In this document: positions 39,901 through 48,997 of the stretch, piece after piece
Layout: every line of letters starts with the position of its first letter
Numbering within the stretch: position 1 is the first letter of the stretch
DNA from: a virus
Reading direction: 5' to 3' (one strand)
UHGV virus genome: UHGV-0060643
Length of the DNA stretch: 64,000 nt
Translations under genes and position numbers: made by a program
Notes under the pieces: model-generated
The model's database searches: none
What the model was told of the DNA's origin: nothing
What the model saw: only the letters and a program-made list of their open reading frames with translations

Positions 39901-41134
39901 ACGGGATGAAAAGAAACTGAAGCCGAGCGACACTCTGTCATTTATTGACGGTCTCGTGCCGGATACCCTGATGGACGACGCTAAACGTCAAAACTTCGTT
40001 GGGATTCAGTTAGGTTCTGCCACCAGTTGCAACGGCGCTACCACTACCCCTTATCGTACCGAACAGGAGAAATTTGTCGCTCACCGTACATCGGTGAAAC
40101 ACGCACGCGTTATTGATAAAGCAGGTAAAATCACCGGTCTGTCTAAAGACCATATCGAAATTACGTACGAAGATGGAAGTAAAGAAGCCTTTCCTCTAGG
40201 GCGCTGGTTCGGCCCCCACGAAGGTACCTTCTATCCGCACACCCTGGTGACTCGCTGGAAAGCCGGTGACAAACTCCCGGCCGGGGCAGTCATCACCTAT
40301 AACGAGCAACACTTTGAACCCGATATCTACGACCCTACTCAGGTTTCCTGGAAAAACGGGGTGCTGGCTACCGTCGCTCTAATCGAAGCTGAAGAAGTAA
40401 TCGAAGACTCCAATGCTATTTCTGAACGGTTCGCGAAGAAAATGGTTGGGCAGGTTACTAAGCTGAAAGAAGTGGTGATTAACAGCAACCAGATGCTCCT
40501 GGAAATCGTTAACGAAGGGGAACACGTTGACGTCGACACAATCCTATGCACATTTACTGACGACCTTACGGGGGATATGAGTACCTTTAGTAAGGAAGCA
40601 GCACAAACGTTGCAAAGTTTAAGTTCGTACGCGCCTCGTGCTGGGGTTCGTGGTATCGTGGATAAAATCGAAGTCGTATATCACGGTGAAACCGAAGACA
40701 TGACGCCTTCACTGGCAGAACTGGTACGTAAATACGATCGCATTCGTCGTAAAGCAGCATTGGCTGTTAATCGTGGCGATCCGGTATCAGGGAGTGTTAA
40801 TGGGGATTACCGTGTAGAGGGTGTACCGTTAGCCTTTAACTCGCTTTGTGTTCGATTCTTTATTACGCACGAAGTGGAAATGGCCGCAGCGGATAAGATG
40901 GTTATTGCTAACCAGCTGAAAACCACTGTACAAGAAGTGATGTACGGGGAAAACAAAACAGAAGATGGCGATGACATTGACATTTTGTTCGGTCGTGATT
41001 CTGTCGACGCACGTATCGTAGGTTCTATCCAACGAATCGGTACCGCAAATGCTGTGGGTGAACAAGCAGGGATTCTTATCGGTCGTATCCTCGACGGCGA
41101 GTCCGTGCCTGAGTTACCAGCGACACTTAAATAA
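36968..41134 (+). CDS. multisubunit RNA polymerase beta-like subunit (divergent, with large insertions)
   Basis: N-terminus RFSVRKTDEFGN resembles beta RIRKDFGK; LTEDGTWVANGVEYTM resembles beta DNGTFVINGTERV; catalytic C-terminal beta motifs not recognised, so possibly only part of beta. Confidence 0.5.
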   Translation: MLLIKQFNQRFSVRKTDEFGNPRIIPLEKLQIPRGSILHVVDLDQVVLAPPATLEIIQPLEKPAQIRHHFKLPEEGISGHPRNKPVQGQERAIFAYHRANRPIRRLTSDDLIRKDLKVLLIENYTPMLSHYYYPDTQLAWYDRLRNIQLLMTNQFKYDTQEYMRQNYFVIELGSTLPSFQKFQTTYNDRVKSKIEKFQDFNLLWLLELFAWAYGKQSDSLFAGMDLTQLSRMNFIFTHNGGFTSMNMGVVEKMRKSSGGRLSDDQMARMFYRTLVRVMTQAPSNAYEAEFLTPEGDERIFVKDIEEDTVDVVDDTDVVNDAVVESDNAFDEKEDLVIEEPKEDVKPTTIVIEKTIAHDDIIKQEAQKLAEAGRLSSKAYQFLSDSTKRFVQLPNPYNPKETYGEALTIHEKDIAVKAEPKKVQRLVTDEGWAENVTDQMVKQYNQTMMSKDVLAAVASSQRLGLAIHNHTIEKEVSVTGTIEHHTLRVQPIGGEPTTVRFSIPGLTEDGTWVANGVEYTMRRQRVDVPIRKVAPDTVALTTAYGKNFVRRSDKVANDYGRWLTNAIITRAVDPTNTEITDARLANVFDPTEKLPRQYTEIARRIASFNAGGYMWNFDYKEAVNFFNDEQLTDANNVEMLPVAKRPRSEVIVVMDTKSMLYTVKGKECTPLGTISEVLGFSSQKAPREMTELSLMGKSLSLGFIFSFYLGLQGMLKHFGIQYEIVPVGQRVDKSTYDSIIRLQDSKFLVTCDNDQQRMILHGLDKYLKHLVAYTESEVDREDIYLNLIRDADGLTPRYINELKQMRAAFVDDMHARILRKMGEPETFIGLLERSNELLQTDHSLPEINGDEMMFLGNQRISYHIYTAMVRAMRNYNNAPNSNRKFELTQDMIWGAINSDPSVLLAPGANPIQSIKEKDVITMGGTGGRNRKTMVYHTREFQPSDLGIVSGNTVDNGDVGITAFATNNPRFDTVDGTTYKRDEKKLKPSDTLSFIDGLVPDTLMDDAKRQNFVGIQLGSATSCNGATTTPYRTEQEKFVAHRTSVKHARVIDKAGKITGLSKDHIEITYEDGSKEAFPLGRWFGPHEGTFYPHTLVTRWKAGDKLPAGAVITYNEQHFEPDIYDPTQVSWKNGVLATVALIEAEEVIEDSNAISERFAKKMVGQVTKLKEVVINSNQMLLEIVNEGEHVDVDTILCTFTDDLTGDMSTFSKEAAQTLQSLSSYAPRAGVRGIVDKIEVVYHGETEDMTPSLAELVRKYDRIRRKAALAVNRGDPVSGSVNGDYRVEGVPLAFNSLCVRFFITHEVEMAAADKMVIANQLKTTVQEVMYGENKTEDGDDIDILFGRDSVDARIVGSIQRIGTANAVGEQAGILIGRILDGESVPELPATLK

Positions 41135-41141
41135 TCTCAAG

Positions 41142-41160
41142 GGGTGGGTCGCTCCCACCC
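41142..41160 (+). other. GC-rich hairpin without U-tract upstream of RBS
   Basis: gggtggg tcgctc ccaccc inverted repeat directly after RNAP beta-like stop, followed by ggag RBS of 41182 gene. Confidence 0.45.
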
Positions 41161-41181
41161 TGATAAACTCCGGAGTAGAGA

Positions 41182-41475
41182 ATGTCTATTTTAGATAAAA
41201 TCAAACAGCGACACGGTATTCCGACTGGGAAAAATATTACCCAGCAAAGCGTGGAAGGCTATAGCCCTATCCAACGTACTAACTACGTGTCTTTGGGCAA
41301 CACGGTTGAACTGACGACCGAAATCGTGCACGGATTGATTCGTGGCAATTCTGGAATGTCTGACCGTATCGGCGATCAGAAACTGCTGAAACGCGATATC
41401 GCTGACCTGGTGGGAGCTCGTTTGTACACGAAGCTTCAGGACGCCATCACCACCAATAATGAGGTTAAACAATGA
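41182..41475 (+). CDS. hypothetical protein
   Basis: 97-aa ORF, RBS ggag. Confidence 0.55.
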   Translation: MSILDKIKQRHGIPTGKNITQQSVEGYSPIQRTNYVSLGNTVELTTEIVHGLIRGNSGMSDRIGDQKLLKRDIADLVGARLYTKLQDAITTNNEVKQ

Positions 41476-42932
41476 TCAGTTTATACTCGCTGAACGCAGT
41501 TACCAACGCCATGAAGCTGTGCAAACAGCACAACATTCAACTCGGCACCGACGTTGACTCTCCGGTTGACCTGCTGAACCGTGCGGTAGATCCATCTCGT
41601 GTTTTTGATACCACCATTACTGACGAACAGTTCTTCCAGGAACTGCCAGCAATCACTCAGCTGAAACGTCCGACGGAGGCAACGTCAGAAGCGTCCGTTA
41701 TCCGTGACGGTGCCATTGAGCCAGAAGCGCTGCGTGTTGACGATCATGAAACTACGCTGTTCGAACTGAAGAACATGGCAATTCAACGCTGCAACGGGAT
41801 GCTTGATTTCGCCCGTAACGTGGTGCAACCGTTCGTTCAGTTGGTTATTCAGAACAACGTTATCGACGAAGTTAAACCGTTGGTAGAAGACTGGAACCTG
41901 ATTCCGGTGGGTATCGACAGCTGTGTTGATTCTCCAGTTGTCCAGGCACTGATTCAGGAAATCGCTAACCCGATGGGCAACGGGACGACTTACGACCCGA
42001 TTAATTTCGACGTTCCAACCAACATCGAAATCCCAGAAACCGGTGTTAAGGCGTACGACGAGTTAGTACGTAGCCTGCTTAACGATTTAGGCATTAGCAT
42101 TTACGATGCGGCTAAACTGATCCTGGCCGGTAACAACACCGTACCGGTTGCAAGCAACGCACCGATGATTCTGAAAGAGCGTGTGCTGGTTCTGCTGCTG
42201 TCTTCCTACTACATCGAACGTCCTTGGCCTGACTCTGGCGTTGACGCGTTGAAGTGGAAAGCAGAGATGGGTCGTGCTTACTACACCTCTATCGGTTGGG
42301 TTTACGGTTTCGAAAAAGAAATCCTGAACCGTGTCGCGACAGGTAACATTATTTACAGCTACGACACCGATAAGAAAGACGTGTACATCTGTCAGGAAAC
42401 GATGGATGACTATCTGTCTAAAGGTGGTATCGTTGAAGGTCTTCTGGGCGCTATCTATCTGATGGACGAAGGCGACTATAACGTTTCTGCACGTGTTCCT
42501 GCACTGCTGGAAAACCAGAATGCGTACGTCGACGCTTATAACCGTCGTGCGATTATCACGCAGAAGAAAAACGAACAGGACTGGGTAACACGTAACCGTC
42601 AGTCACTGAAAACGGCGTTCTCACTGGCTATTGACCAACTCGATCAGGGCTACTTCGATAACGGAGAAGACCAGCGTACGCGTGAAGACGTGAAACGTTG
42701 GGTCATGGCAAGCTGTGACGCCTTCTTTAGCAGTGCTGATGATGACATCACGCTCTTTATTATCCAGACCGCGTGTAATGACGTGTTCCGCGTATGGGAA
42801 ATTGCCCCACTGATGCGGACGATTCACCAGGCGATGGTGGATAATCAAGACCCGTCACAAGCAGCAACCAGTTGGATGATTGACTACGTTCTGGACTGGA
42901 TTTCAGGTTCTGTGTTTGTTGACAAACTCTAA
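41472..42932 (+). CDS. hypothetical protein
   Basis: 486-aa ORF, ATGA overlap, RBS gaggt. Confidence 0.7.
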   Translation: MISLYSLNAVTNAMKLCKQHNIQLGTDVDSPVDLLNRAVDPSRVFDTTITDEQFFQELPAITQLKRPTEATSEASVIRDGAIEPEALRVDDHETTLFELKNMAIQRCNGMLDFARNVVQPFVQLVIQNNVIDEVKPLVEDWNLIPVGIDSCVDSPVVQALIQEIANPMGNGTTYDPINFDVPTNIEIPETGVKAYDELVRSLLNDLGISIYDAAKLILAGNNTVPVASNAPMILKERVLVLLLSSYYIERPWPDSGVDALKWKAEMGRAYYTSIGWVYGFEKEILNRVATGNIIYSYDTDKKDVYICQETMDDYLSKGGIVEGLLGAIYLMDEGDYNVSARVPALLENQNAYVDAYNRRAIITQKKNEQDWVTRNRQSLKTAFSLAIDQLDQGYFDNGEDQRTREDVKRWVMASCDAFFSSADDDITLFIIQTACNDVFRVWEIAPLMRTIHQAMVDNQDPSQAATSWMIDYVLDWISGSVFVDKL

Positions 42933-42949
42933 TGCAATAGGAGGTGATC

Positions 42950-43678
42950 GTGAGTGCGATTGAAACAGCCCGTCGTGATCCCACTAAGATTCATGCGGAC
43001 TTGGTAAATAACGGCACGGTCACCACTACCAAAGGGGGATGTTACATTTACATCCCCGTTGGGTTTGTGGCGAAAGAGTTGGCGGTTATTTCTTCTACGG
43101 TAACGATTGTAGGTATTTTTGCTATCTCAACGGACCGTAAAACTTACGGGGTTTCCAGTGTCACAACACTGATTGAGATTACCCCAACGGCGTTTGAAGA
43201 GATTGACGTCTTTGGCGTCCCTTATTACGAATTTCGTTTTGACCCCGGCACAGTGGTTTTCCCCAACCGCAATTTACAGGTGTTGTCCGCACCGATATAC
43301 AACATTGCGTCGTATATTTACGACTTTGGTAACCGTCCTTTCTGGTTTACCGCTTACGACGATGCTGAACTATTAGCACCGGATAAGGTAAAGCGATGGA
43401 ACGGTTTTACTGTATTTGCCGACCAGATTACCGCTGACGTTTATGCTGCACACACGCAGCGTAAAGTGGGTGATCCAAAAACGTTTTTCCGTTATACACT
43501 GAAAAAAGACAGTGACTTAAACAACCCTGTCCAATTCATCCCACTACGTAGTGGGTCTCTTAACAAAACGTCGAGACTGGCGAAGCTTGCTGACGTAGAA
43601 CTGAAACGTGGTATTCGTTCTGCGCTACAAGTTGACCCGGTACGTGCCGAACCGCTCGAAGATTTGTTTATGAGGTAA
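42950..43678 (+). CDS. hypothetical protein
   Basis: GTG 42950 with aggagg RBS 5 nt upstream (track start 42944 is an earlier GTG). Confidence 0.6.
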   Translation: MSAIETARRDPTKIHADLVNNGTVTTTKGGCYIYIPVGFVAKELAVISSTVTIVGIFAISTDRKTYGVSSVTTLIEITPTAFEEIDVFGVPYYEFRFDPGTVVFPNRNLQVLSAPIYNIASYIYDFGNRPFWFTAYDDAELLAPDKVKRWNGFTVFADQITADVYAAHTQRKVGDPKTFFRYTLKKDSDLNNPVQFIPLRSGSLNKTSRLAKLADVELKRGIRSALQVDPVRAEPLEDLFMR

Positions 43679-43709
43679 TTTACCTTTTTACTTTCACTCG
43701 GGGAAAACA

Positions 43710-44513
43710 ATGGACAACTTGACCCTACGTTACAATTGCGTAGCGTTAGCCGGTGTTAATGCTCCAGCTACTCTGGAGAAAGACGCGGATGGTTATTACC
43801 GCGTATTATTGGGTGCTCTGAATATTTTTAACTCGGAAGGGATTTTCTACGCCTATAACGAGTCTAAGCACGTATTCGAACGCTCTAACATTTTCATGCG
43901 TAAAGTAAAAGCCGGTAACCTGTTCGGGGAAGAAGACCACCCTGCACCAGAACCGGGAATGACCGAAGCGCAGTGGATTGACCGTAACGAATGGATTGAG
44001 ACGAAAAACGTCTGTATGCACATTCGTGAAGTTGAAGTTATTCCGACCGACCAGACCTGTAATGGTTTGCCGGTAATGGAAATCTGGGGCTGGATTAAAC
44101 CGAACCGTGAACGTGGTCCGTATCTGGCAGAAGCGTTAGAGAATCCACATCAAAACGTTTGCTTCTCTCTGCGTGCTATCGTACGTGAAGGGTATGTTGG
44201 TGGGGTGAAAACGCGTCGTCTGGATCGTCTGGTCACCTTCGACTGGGTTATCGAAGATGGGCTTCAGATTTGCAACAAATACTCCGCGATTCAGCGTGGT
44301 AGCAAAGTGGCTCAGGAATCTACCCGTGTCCTGCTGGACCGCCGTGTGTCGCTTCAGGCGCTGGAAGACATCCTGCGTAATCCAAACACCACTTCAACTA
44401 TCGCAACGGAATCCCGTCGTGGTGAAGTCCGTGCTTTAGCTCAGGAGTATCTGGCAATTGCCAACAAACGCACCAACCTGCGTGTTATGGGCTTAGGGAA
44501 CGGGAAGTGGTAA
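43710..44513 (+). CDS. hypothetical protein
   Basis: 267-aa ORF, RBS gggga. Confidence 0.65.
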   Translation: MDNLTLRYNCVALAGVNAPATLEKDADGYYRVLLGALNIFNSEGIFYAYNESKHVFERSNIFMRKVKAGNLFGEEDHPAPEPGMTEAQWIDRNEWIETKNVCMHIREVEVIPTDQTCNGLPVMEIWGWIKPNRERGPYLAEALENPHQNVCFSLRAIVREGYVGGVKTRRLDRLVTFDWVIEDGLQICNKYSAIQRGSKVAQESTRVLLDRRVSLQALEDILRNPNTTSTIATESRRGEVRALAQEYLAIANKRTNLRVMGLGNGKW

Positions 44514-45152
44514 ATGGCTGATAATGTCGAACCTTCGCTGGTAAAGTGGTTGGAGCAACAGTTGCCACGTACCGCGAAAAAAGTTTCGTTGAAAAAACTG
44601 GATACCGCTCCACTCCACATCAGCGATAAAAAAATCCCGGTCTTTACGCCCAGGATTCCTCATAGCGTTTACAGCGACGAAGACAAAACGGTTCCTCGTA
44701 TTTGTTGTTCTGTCGATTTAGAAAAATGTTTGCGCGGCGTTCGACGTTACTTCGTACCGAGTCCTTATGAGGACCTGAGACACCGTTACTATCTTCATGC
44801 ATTTGATGAGCGTGACGTTGTTCAACCATCGGTAGAACTCTCAAGTGAACCTTTCCGTGCGAACGAGGTTTGGATTGTTCCACATCGTTTATCGAACTGG
44901 GAAATCAAACCCACCGTTATCGGTGAGTTGCGCCTAGTTCGATTAGCAGATAACGGATATAAACACACACTCGCTGTTGCGTTACACGAAGACGTTCGTT
45001 TAAACAATAACCAGCTGTTAAAGGCAGGTAAGTTTTACGAAATCACGGTGACTATCTCTGAACGGGAACCGCTGATTGCTGTTAGTGATGCGACAGAAAT
45101 CTCGCGTGGTATTTTTGACGCTGCGTTAAACGAATACACTGTAACTCCATAA
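44514..45152 (+). CDS. hypothetical protein
   Basis: 212-aa ORF directly after previous stop. Confidence 0.6.
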   Translation: MADNVEPSLVKWLEQQLPRTAKKVSLKKLDTAPLHISDKKIPVFTPRIPHSVYSDEDKTVPRICCSVDLEKCLRGVRRYFVPSPYEDLRHRYYLHAFDERDVVQPSVELSSEPFRANEVWIVPHRLSNWEIKPTVIGELRLVRLADNGYKHTLAVALHEDVRLNNNQLLKAGKFYEITVTISEREPLIAVSDATEISRGIFDAALNEYTVTP

Positions 45153-45201
45153 TCGCCCAGTTCATGGTCTGCAACCCGAATTTGTCGATTGTGAGGGAAG
45201 C

Positions 45202-45501
45202 ATGAAAGTGGTTAACATTGCCATACCTCCGACTTTGCAAACTTTAACGCCTGAGGAATTGAAAGCACTAACAATCTTTGCCGTCCAAGGACGTGCAGGA
45301 AAGGAGGTGCTTTCCGAAATACTCGCTGAACGTTTCGACACCAAACGTAAAGTAAACAACATTGTCGCAGGTATTTCACAACAAGATATCGCAAAATTTT
45401 ATTGCGACGTCCGTAAAGCTGGAACCGAAATCGACTTTGCGCGTACGTATCTCTTGTTAACTGAACCTTGTCGGTTCATTCTTTCGATTAAGCAGTCTTA
45501 A
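45202..45501 (+). CDS. hypothetical protein
   Basis: 99-aa ORF, RBS gaggga. Confidence 0.5.
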   Translation: MKVVNIAIPPTLQTLTPEELKALTIFAVQGRAGKEVLSEILAERFDTKRKVNNIVAGISQQDIAKFYCDVRKAGTEIDFARTYLLLTEPCRFILSIKQS

Positions 45502-45558
45502 TTTTTACAATTTCTACCGTTTACTGTGTCGGAGGAAAATTACAAAGGATAACCAAAT

Positions 45559-46110
45559 ATGTTTAATTTAGACAGCGACGGCGTTTTCGCAAACTGGCGT
45601 GGTTACGTTTTGGAACACCACCTTAAAGGAATGAGTATAGAAGAATTTCACGGAATGCCAGAGTTGCATCGTCGTGCTTTGATGCGGGAAATCTATTTAA
45701 ACGACCCGGATCTTTTTTATAAACTAGACCCGATACCCGAGGCCGTTAAAATCCTCGAAACAGTAGAAAGTCTGGGAGAATGTTGGGCGATTTTAACGTC
45801 AGGTTCAGAAGATCATTTCGACCACGACCGTGTTGTAGAAAGCAAAAAATTATTCTTCGAAAAACACTTCGGTATCCCTGGCCATAAAGTCATCGTGACA
45901 ACTTCCTCTGCGGAGAAAGCGACCTACGCGGAGAAGGGAAGATTGTTGGTTGACGATTATGGTCGTAATTGCCGTGAGTGGGTGTTAAAGGGCGGGACCG
46001 CAATTTATACGCGGACGAACGAACCTGAAGTCGATGTGATTTGCCGACAAATCAGGACGTTTGCAGAAAGTCCCTTAGAATACTCAGGTCAAATTTTGTG
46101 CGTGCAGTAA
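45559..46110 (+). CDS. HAD-superfamily 5'(3')-deoxyribonucleotidase-like protein
   Basis: N-terminal MFNLDSDGVFANW matches the DxDGV nucleophile motif of the NT5C family. Confidence 0.5.
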   Translation: MFNLDSDGVFANWRGYVLEHHLKGMSIEEFHGMPELHRRALMREIYLNDPDLFYKLDPIPEAVKILETVESLGECWAILTSGSEDHFDHDRVVESKKLFFEKHFGIPGHKVIVTTSSAEKATYAEKGRLLVDDYGRNCREWVLKGGTAIYTRTNEPEVDVICRQIRTFAESPLEYSGQILCVQ

Positions 46111-46118
46111 AACCTCTC

Positions 46119-46158
46119 GGGTAGTCTATCCATTGGATAGACTACCCTACTTATTTTT
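46119..46158 (+). terminator. intrinsic terminator
   Basis: gggtagtctatcc att ggatagactaccc 13-bp stem followed by tacttattttt. Confidence 0.65.
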
Positions 46159-46252
46159 AGCCCTATTGAAAAATATCTTAGATATATATTACTTAGGTGA
46201 GCGTTGTAGAATTACACGCTATTCGACTTGTTAACCTAAAGGAGTATTAAAG

Positions 46253-46642
46253 ATGAAAAACGAATTATTCAAAGACCCGTTTGTTGTACTAATGATTTCT
46301 ACTCGTGCAATCATGCGTCCAGATGACCTGGAACGATTAATTACAGATGAGGCTTATCTGTGCGAGCAACGTGACAAACTACTGAACAAAGAATGTCCTT
46401 GCGAAAGCATCGGACGTCTGGTGACTATCTTCCGTAATCCCGAGTGGCGTAGAAACAATGAATTGTCTGATATCTTGAGTGTTTCGCTTGCAAAACTGGC
46501 GATGCTGTTCTCTCTCGATAAAGATCTTAAACAGTGTCTTTCCACATCGGAACGCATCGAACTATTTGAAGGTATTCGGGAATCCGTTAAACAAATTAAC
46601 GCCATCAGAAACAATTGGATGCTTTCTAGCGTAGGTAGCTAA
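46253..46642 (+). CDS. hypothetical protein
   Basis: 129-aa ORF, RBS aaaggag. Confidence 0.6.
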   Translation: MKNELFKDPFVVLMISTRAIMRPDDLERLITDEAYLCEQRDKLLNKECPCESIGRLVTIFRNPEWRRNNELSDILSVSLAKLAMLFSLDKDLKQCLSTSERIELFEGIRESVKQINAIRNNWMLSSVGS

Positions 46643-46643
46643 G

Positions 46644-47033
46644 ATGAAATGGTCAAAAGAACTTATCGAGGTCTGTCGTGACCCGTTCACACTGTGGTTG
46701 CTGTGCAGCCTACGGCGAGACGACAGATTCTATACTTTCGTCAAAGACCCACAAGCGTTGAGCAATCACGTAAAACGTGAGGAGACGCGTTTAGAGACGC
46801 TTAAAGAGGAAAGTAATACCCTAGAACCAGCTGATGCGTTTTATGTCCGTATGATGTCTCCTACGTGGCGTAAAACACATCGGTTAAAGGCACCGACGTT
46901 AGCAGACATGGTACAAGAACTTGCCCGAGCGGTGAGTTCTGACCATCTGCTCTATCGGAATATCATTCAACAACCTGACAGTTGGCACGACTTACGTCTG
47001 ATGTTAATCCGCTGCCAGTTCACATTCTCCTAA
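46644..47033 (+). CDS. hypothetical protein
   Basis: 129-aa ORF. Confidence 0.55.
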   Translation: MKWSKELIEVCRDPFTLWLLCSLRRDDRFYTFVKDPQALSNHVKREETRLETLKEESNTLEPADAFYVRMMSPTWRKTHRLKAPTLADMVQELARAVSSDHLLYRNIIQQPDSWHDLRLMLIRCQFTFS

Positions 47034-47054
47034 TCGACATGTAAGGTTTTATAA

Positions 47055-47726
47055 ATGGAAGCTATCGAAATTAACAAATTCTGGGAACAAGTCATTGCTC
47101 AATTCCGCGATTTCTATCGCTACACAGACAGCGCCCACCGTATCGACCACATCCAGTCAGTGAAGTCTAATGCCATTCGCATTGCTTATCTGCTGGGTGA
47201 GTCTAAGCACCTTAAAAATATCCTGGTCGCTGTGGCAGCACATGACATTTTCTCAACTAAAGCCGATCGTGCTTCCCATCACATCAAAGCCTTCAACTAC
47301 GTTCTGGATTCTGCACCGATTCTAAAACGTCGCTTTAAGCTTACCTGTGATGACGTTACCGAGATAGCTTACGCGGTACTAGAACATCGCAGTTCACACA
47401 AAGGCGGGTACAACTCTATCGTATCCGAAATTGTCGCGGCTGCGGATCGTGGTATCCCTTCTATCGATGAAGTGAAAAATTACATGTACCGCTCTTACTT
47501 ATACGCACGTGACCATGGAAAATCCGTTACCGATTCGAAGTTCCATGCGATTCGTCACGTACAAGAAAAGTTCGGTCGTAATGGCAAATCTCGCGTTCCA
47601 GAGTGGTACGAGAAACTCTTCGCGAAAGAGATTCTGGAACGTCAAGAGTACGTAGAGATGCTCAGCCTCGAGCACTTTACTTTTGAAATCACCAACGACT
47701 TAGAAAGTCGTATCCAAAACCAGTAA
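47055..47726 (+). CDS. HD-domain phosphohydrolase-like protein
   Basis: spaced His/Asp pattern HRIDHIQ ... AVAAHDIFS ... SHHIKAF consistent with an HD metal-binding motif. Confidence 0.45.
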   Translation: MEAIEINKFWEQVIAQFRDFYRYTDSAHRIDHIQSVKSNAIRIAYLLGESKHLKNILVAVAAHDIFSTKADRASHHIKAFNYVLDSAPILKRRFKLTCDDVTEIAYAVLEHRSSHKGGYNSIVSEIVAAADRGIPSIDEVKNYMYRSYLYARDHGKSVTDSKFHAIRHVQEKFGRNGKSRVPEWYEKLFAKEILERQEYVEMLSLEHFTFEITNDLESRIQNQ

Positions 47727-47747
47727 TAACCTGAAGGAATAAAACTA

Positions 47748-48230
47748 ATGGCTAAAGTAACTTCTATCAAAGACCTGGCTGCAATGATCGATGCACTGGA
47801 AACTCCGGCAATGACCATGAACGACGACCTGGTGGTCAACGCTGACCCGATGGTAAAAATTTATGAAGAAACGCTGCCGGTTATCAAAGTTAACGATACT
47901 GACTATCGCTTAACGCTGAAAGACGCCGACGCGGTTCGTCAACACGATGCTAACTTCCTGGAAGTGTACGGGAAAGTCGCTTCTGGTCTGATTGTGGAAA
48001 AAGCGAAAGCCGATGCTGAGTTGGCCGCGATGAACATCACCACCGAAATCGGCAACGCATCGTTCTCCACGGTGTTCTCTCGCCCGACCGGGGACACCAT
48101 CAGCCAGAAAGAATGGGCTGCATCCATCGGTTTCGGTTACGGTGTGCCGAAGTCTAAAGCACTGGAAGGCAAACTTCGTAAGCAATTCGCTGCGGACATG
48201 ATGGCTTCCGATGACGAAGACGACGAATAA
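47748..48230 (+). CDS. hypothetical protein (acidic C-terminus)
   Basis: 160-aa ORF, RBS gaagga. Confidence 0.6.
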   Translation: MAKVTSIKDLAAMIDALETPAMTMNDDLVVNADPMVKIYEETLPVIKVNDTDYRLTLKDADAVRQHDANFLEVYGKVASGLIVEKAKADAELAAMNITTEIGNASFSTVFSRPTGDTISQKEWAASIGFGYGVPKSKALEGKLRKQFAADMMASDDEDDE

Positions 48231-48386
48231 GGTTGCGATACTCGGAGGGAAGGTAAAACGTACCTATATCCCTCCTACACCGATTAACCCTACGGCCTGG
48301 CAGAACCCACTCTCCAGAACGTTAGGGTTACCTAAACCGATTGACGGTTTGGTGTATCTGTCGCATCGACGGAGAAAATAAAAGTT

Positions 48387-48417
48387 AAGGCGGTTTTATG
48401 ACCGCCTTATTTTTTTG
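48387..48417 (+). terminator. intrinsic terminator
   Basis: aaggcggt tttatg accgcctt hairpin followed by atttttttt. Confidence 0.65.
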
Positions 48418-48434
48418 ATCTCAGGAGATATAAA

Positions 48435-48995
48435 ATGTCAAATCCTAACCTTTTTGGTGGGCCTGTTACACCAGGACATCAGATTGTCGATGATGTAAAA
48501 CCGTTACCTAACGTCATGACGCGCACTGAGGTTATTAATCGCCTAAACCAAATCGGTGAAGTCTTTACGCTGTCAATGAAATCTGTGTTGGAAGATGCGT
48601 TCCCACACATTGCAGGCTGGCCTGCTGAAACCATCCCCCACACCATCAACGGATATCAACGTTTCCTAACTGAAATCAGATCAACGGCTTCAGGTAACGT
48701 TATCGCCGGTTTTGTTATTCGTTTCAAACAGTTACTGTTAATCGAATTCGGTAAAGATGTTATCGATTCCCTTGAACGTGAACTGGTTTCGTTACACGAC
48801 AACGAAATCGTACGTAACGAAAAAGGTGAGGGTTCCAACGAATTAACGCTGTGGAAACTCGCTTATCCTGACGATATCACCAACACCCCACCGACCACTT
48901 ACGATTTAATTTCAACCTTCCTGTTGTTGATGCAAATGAAAAACTTAATCATCCGTGCATCCGCATCGAAAGTCCTGGGAACGGAAGAAAAATAA
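48435..48995 (+). CDS. hypothetical protein
   Basis: 186-aa ORF, RBS caggaga. Confidence 0.6.
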   Translation: MSNPNLFGGPVTPGHQIVDDVKPLPNVMTRTEVINRLNQIGEVFTLSMKSVLEDAFPHIAGWPAETIPHTINGYQRFLTEIRSTASGNVIAGFVIRFKQLLLIEFGKDVIDSLERELVSLHDNEIVRNEKGEGSNELTLWKLAYPDDITNTPPTTYDLISTFLLLMQMKNLIIRASASKVLGTEEK

Positions 48996-48997
48996 AA

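Noticed and set aside
36968-41134. WKAGDKLPAG read as the beta catalytic GDKxAGRHGNKG motif
   Set aside because: Only GDK...AG matches; the RHGNKG core is absent, so the resemblance is probably coincidental.
41472-42932. The 486-aa protein as a PhuZ-type tubulin or chimallin shell protein
   Set aside because: No GGGTGSG tubulin signature was found and the size does not fit chimallin; left as hypothetical.
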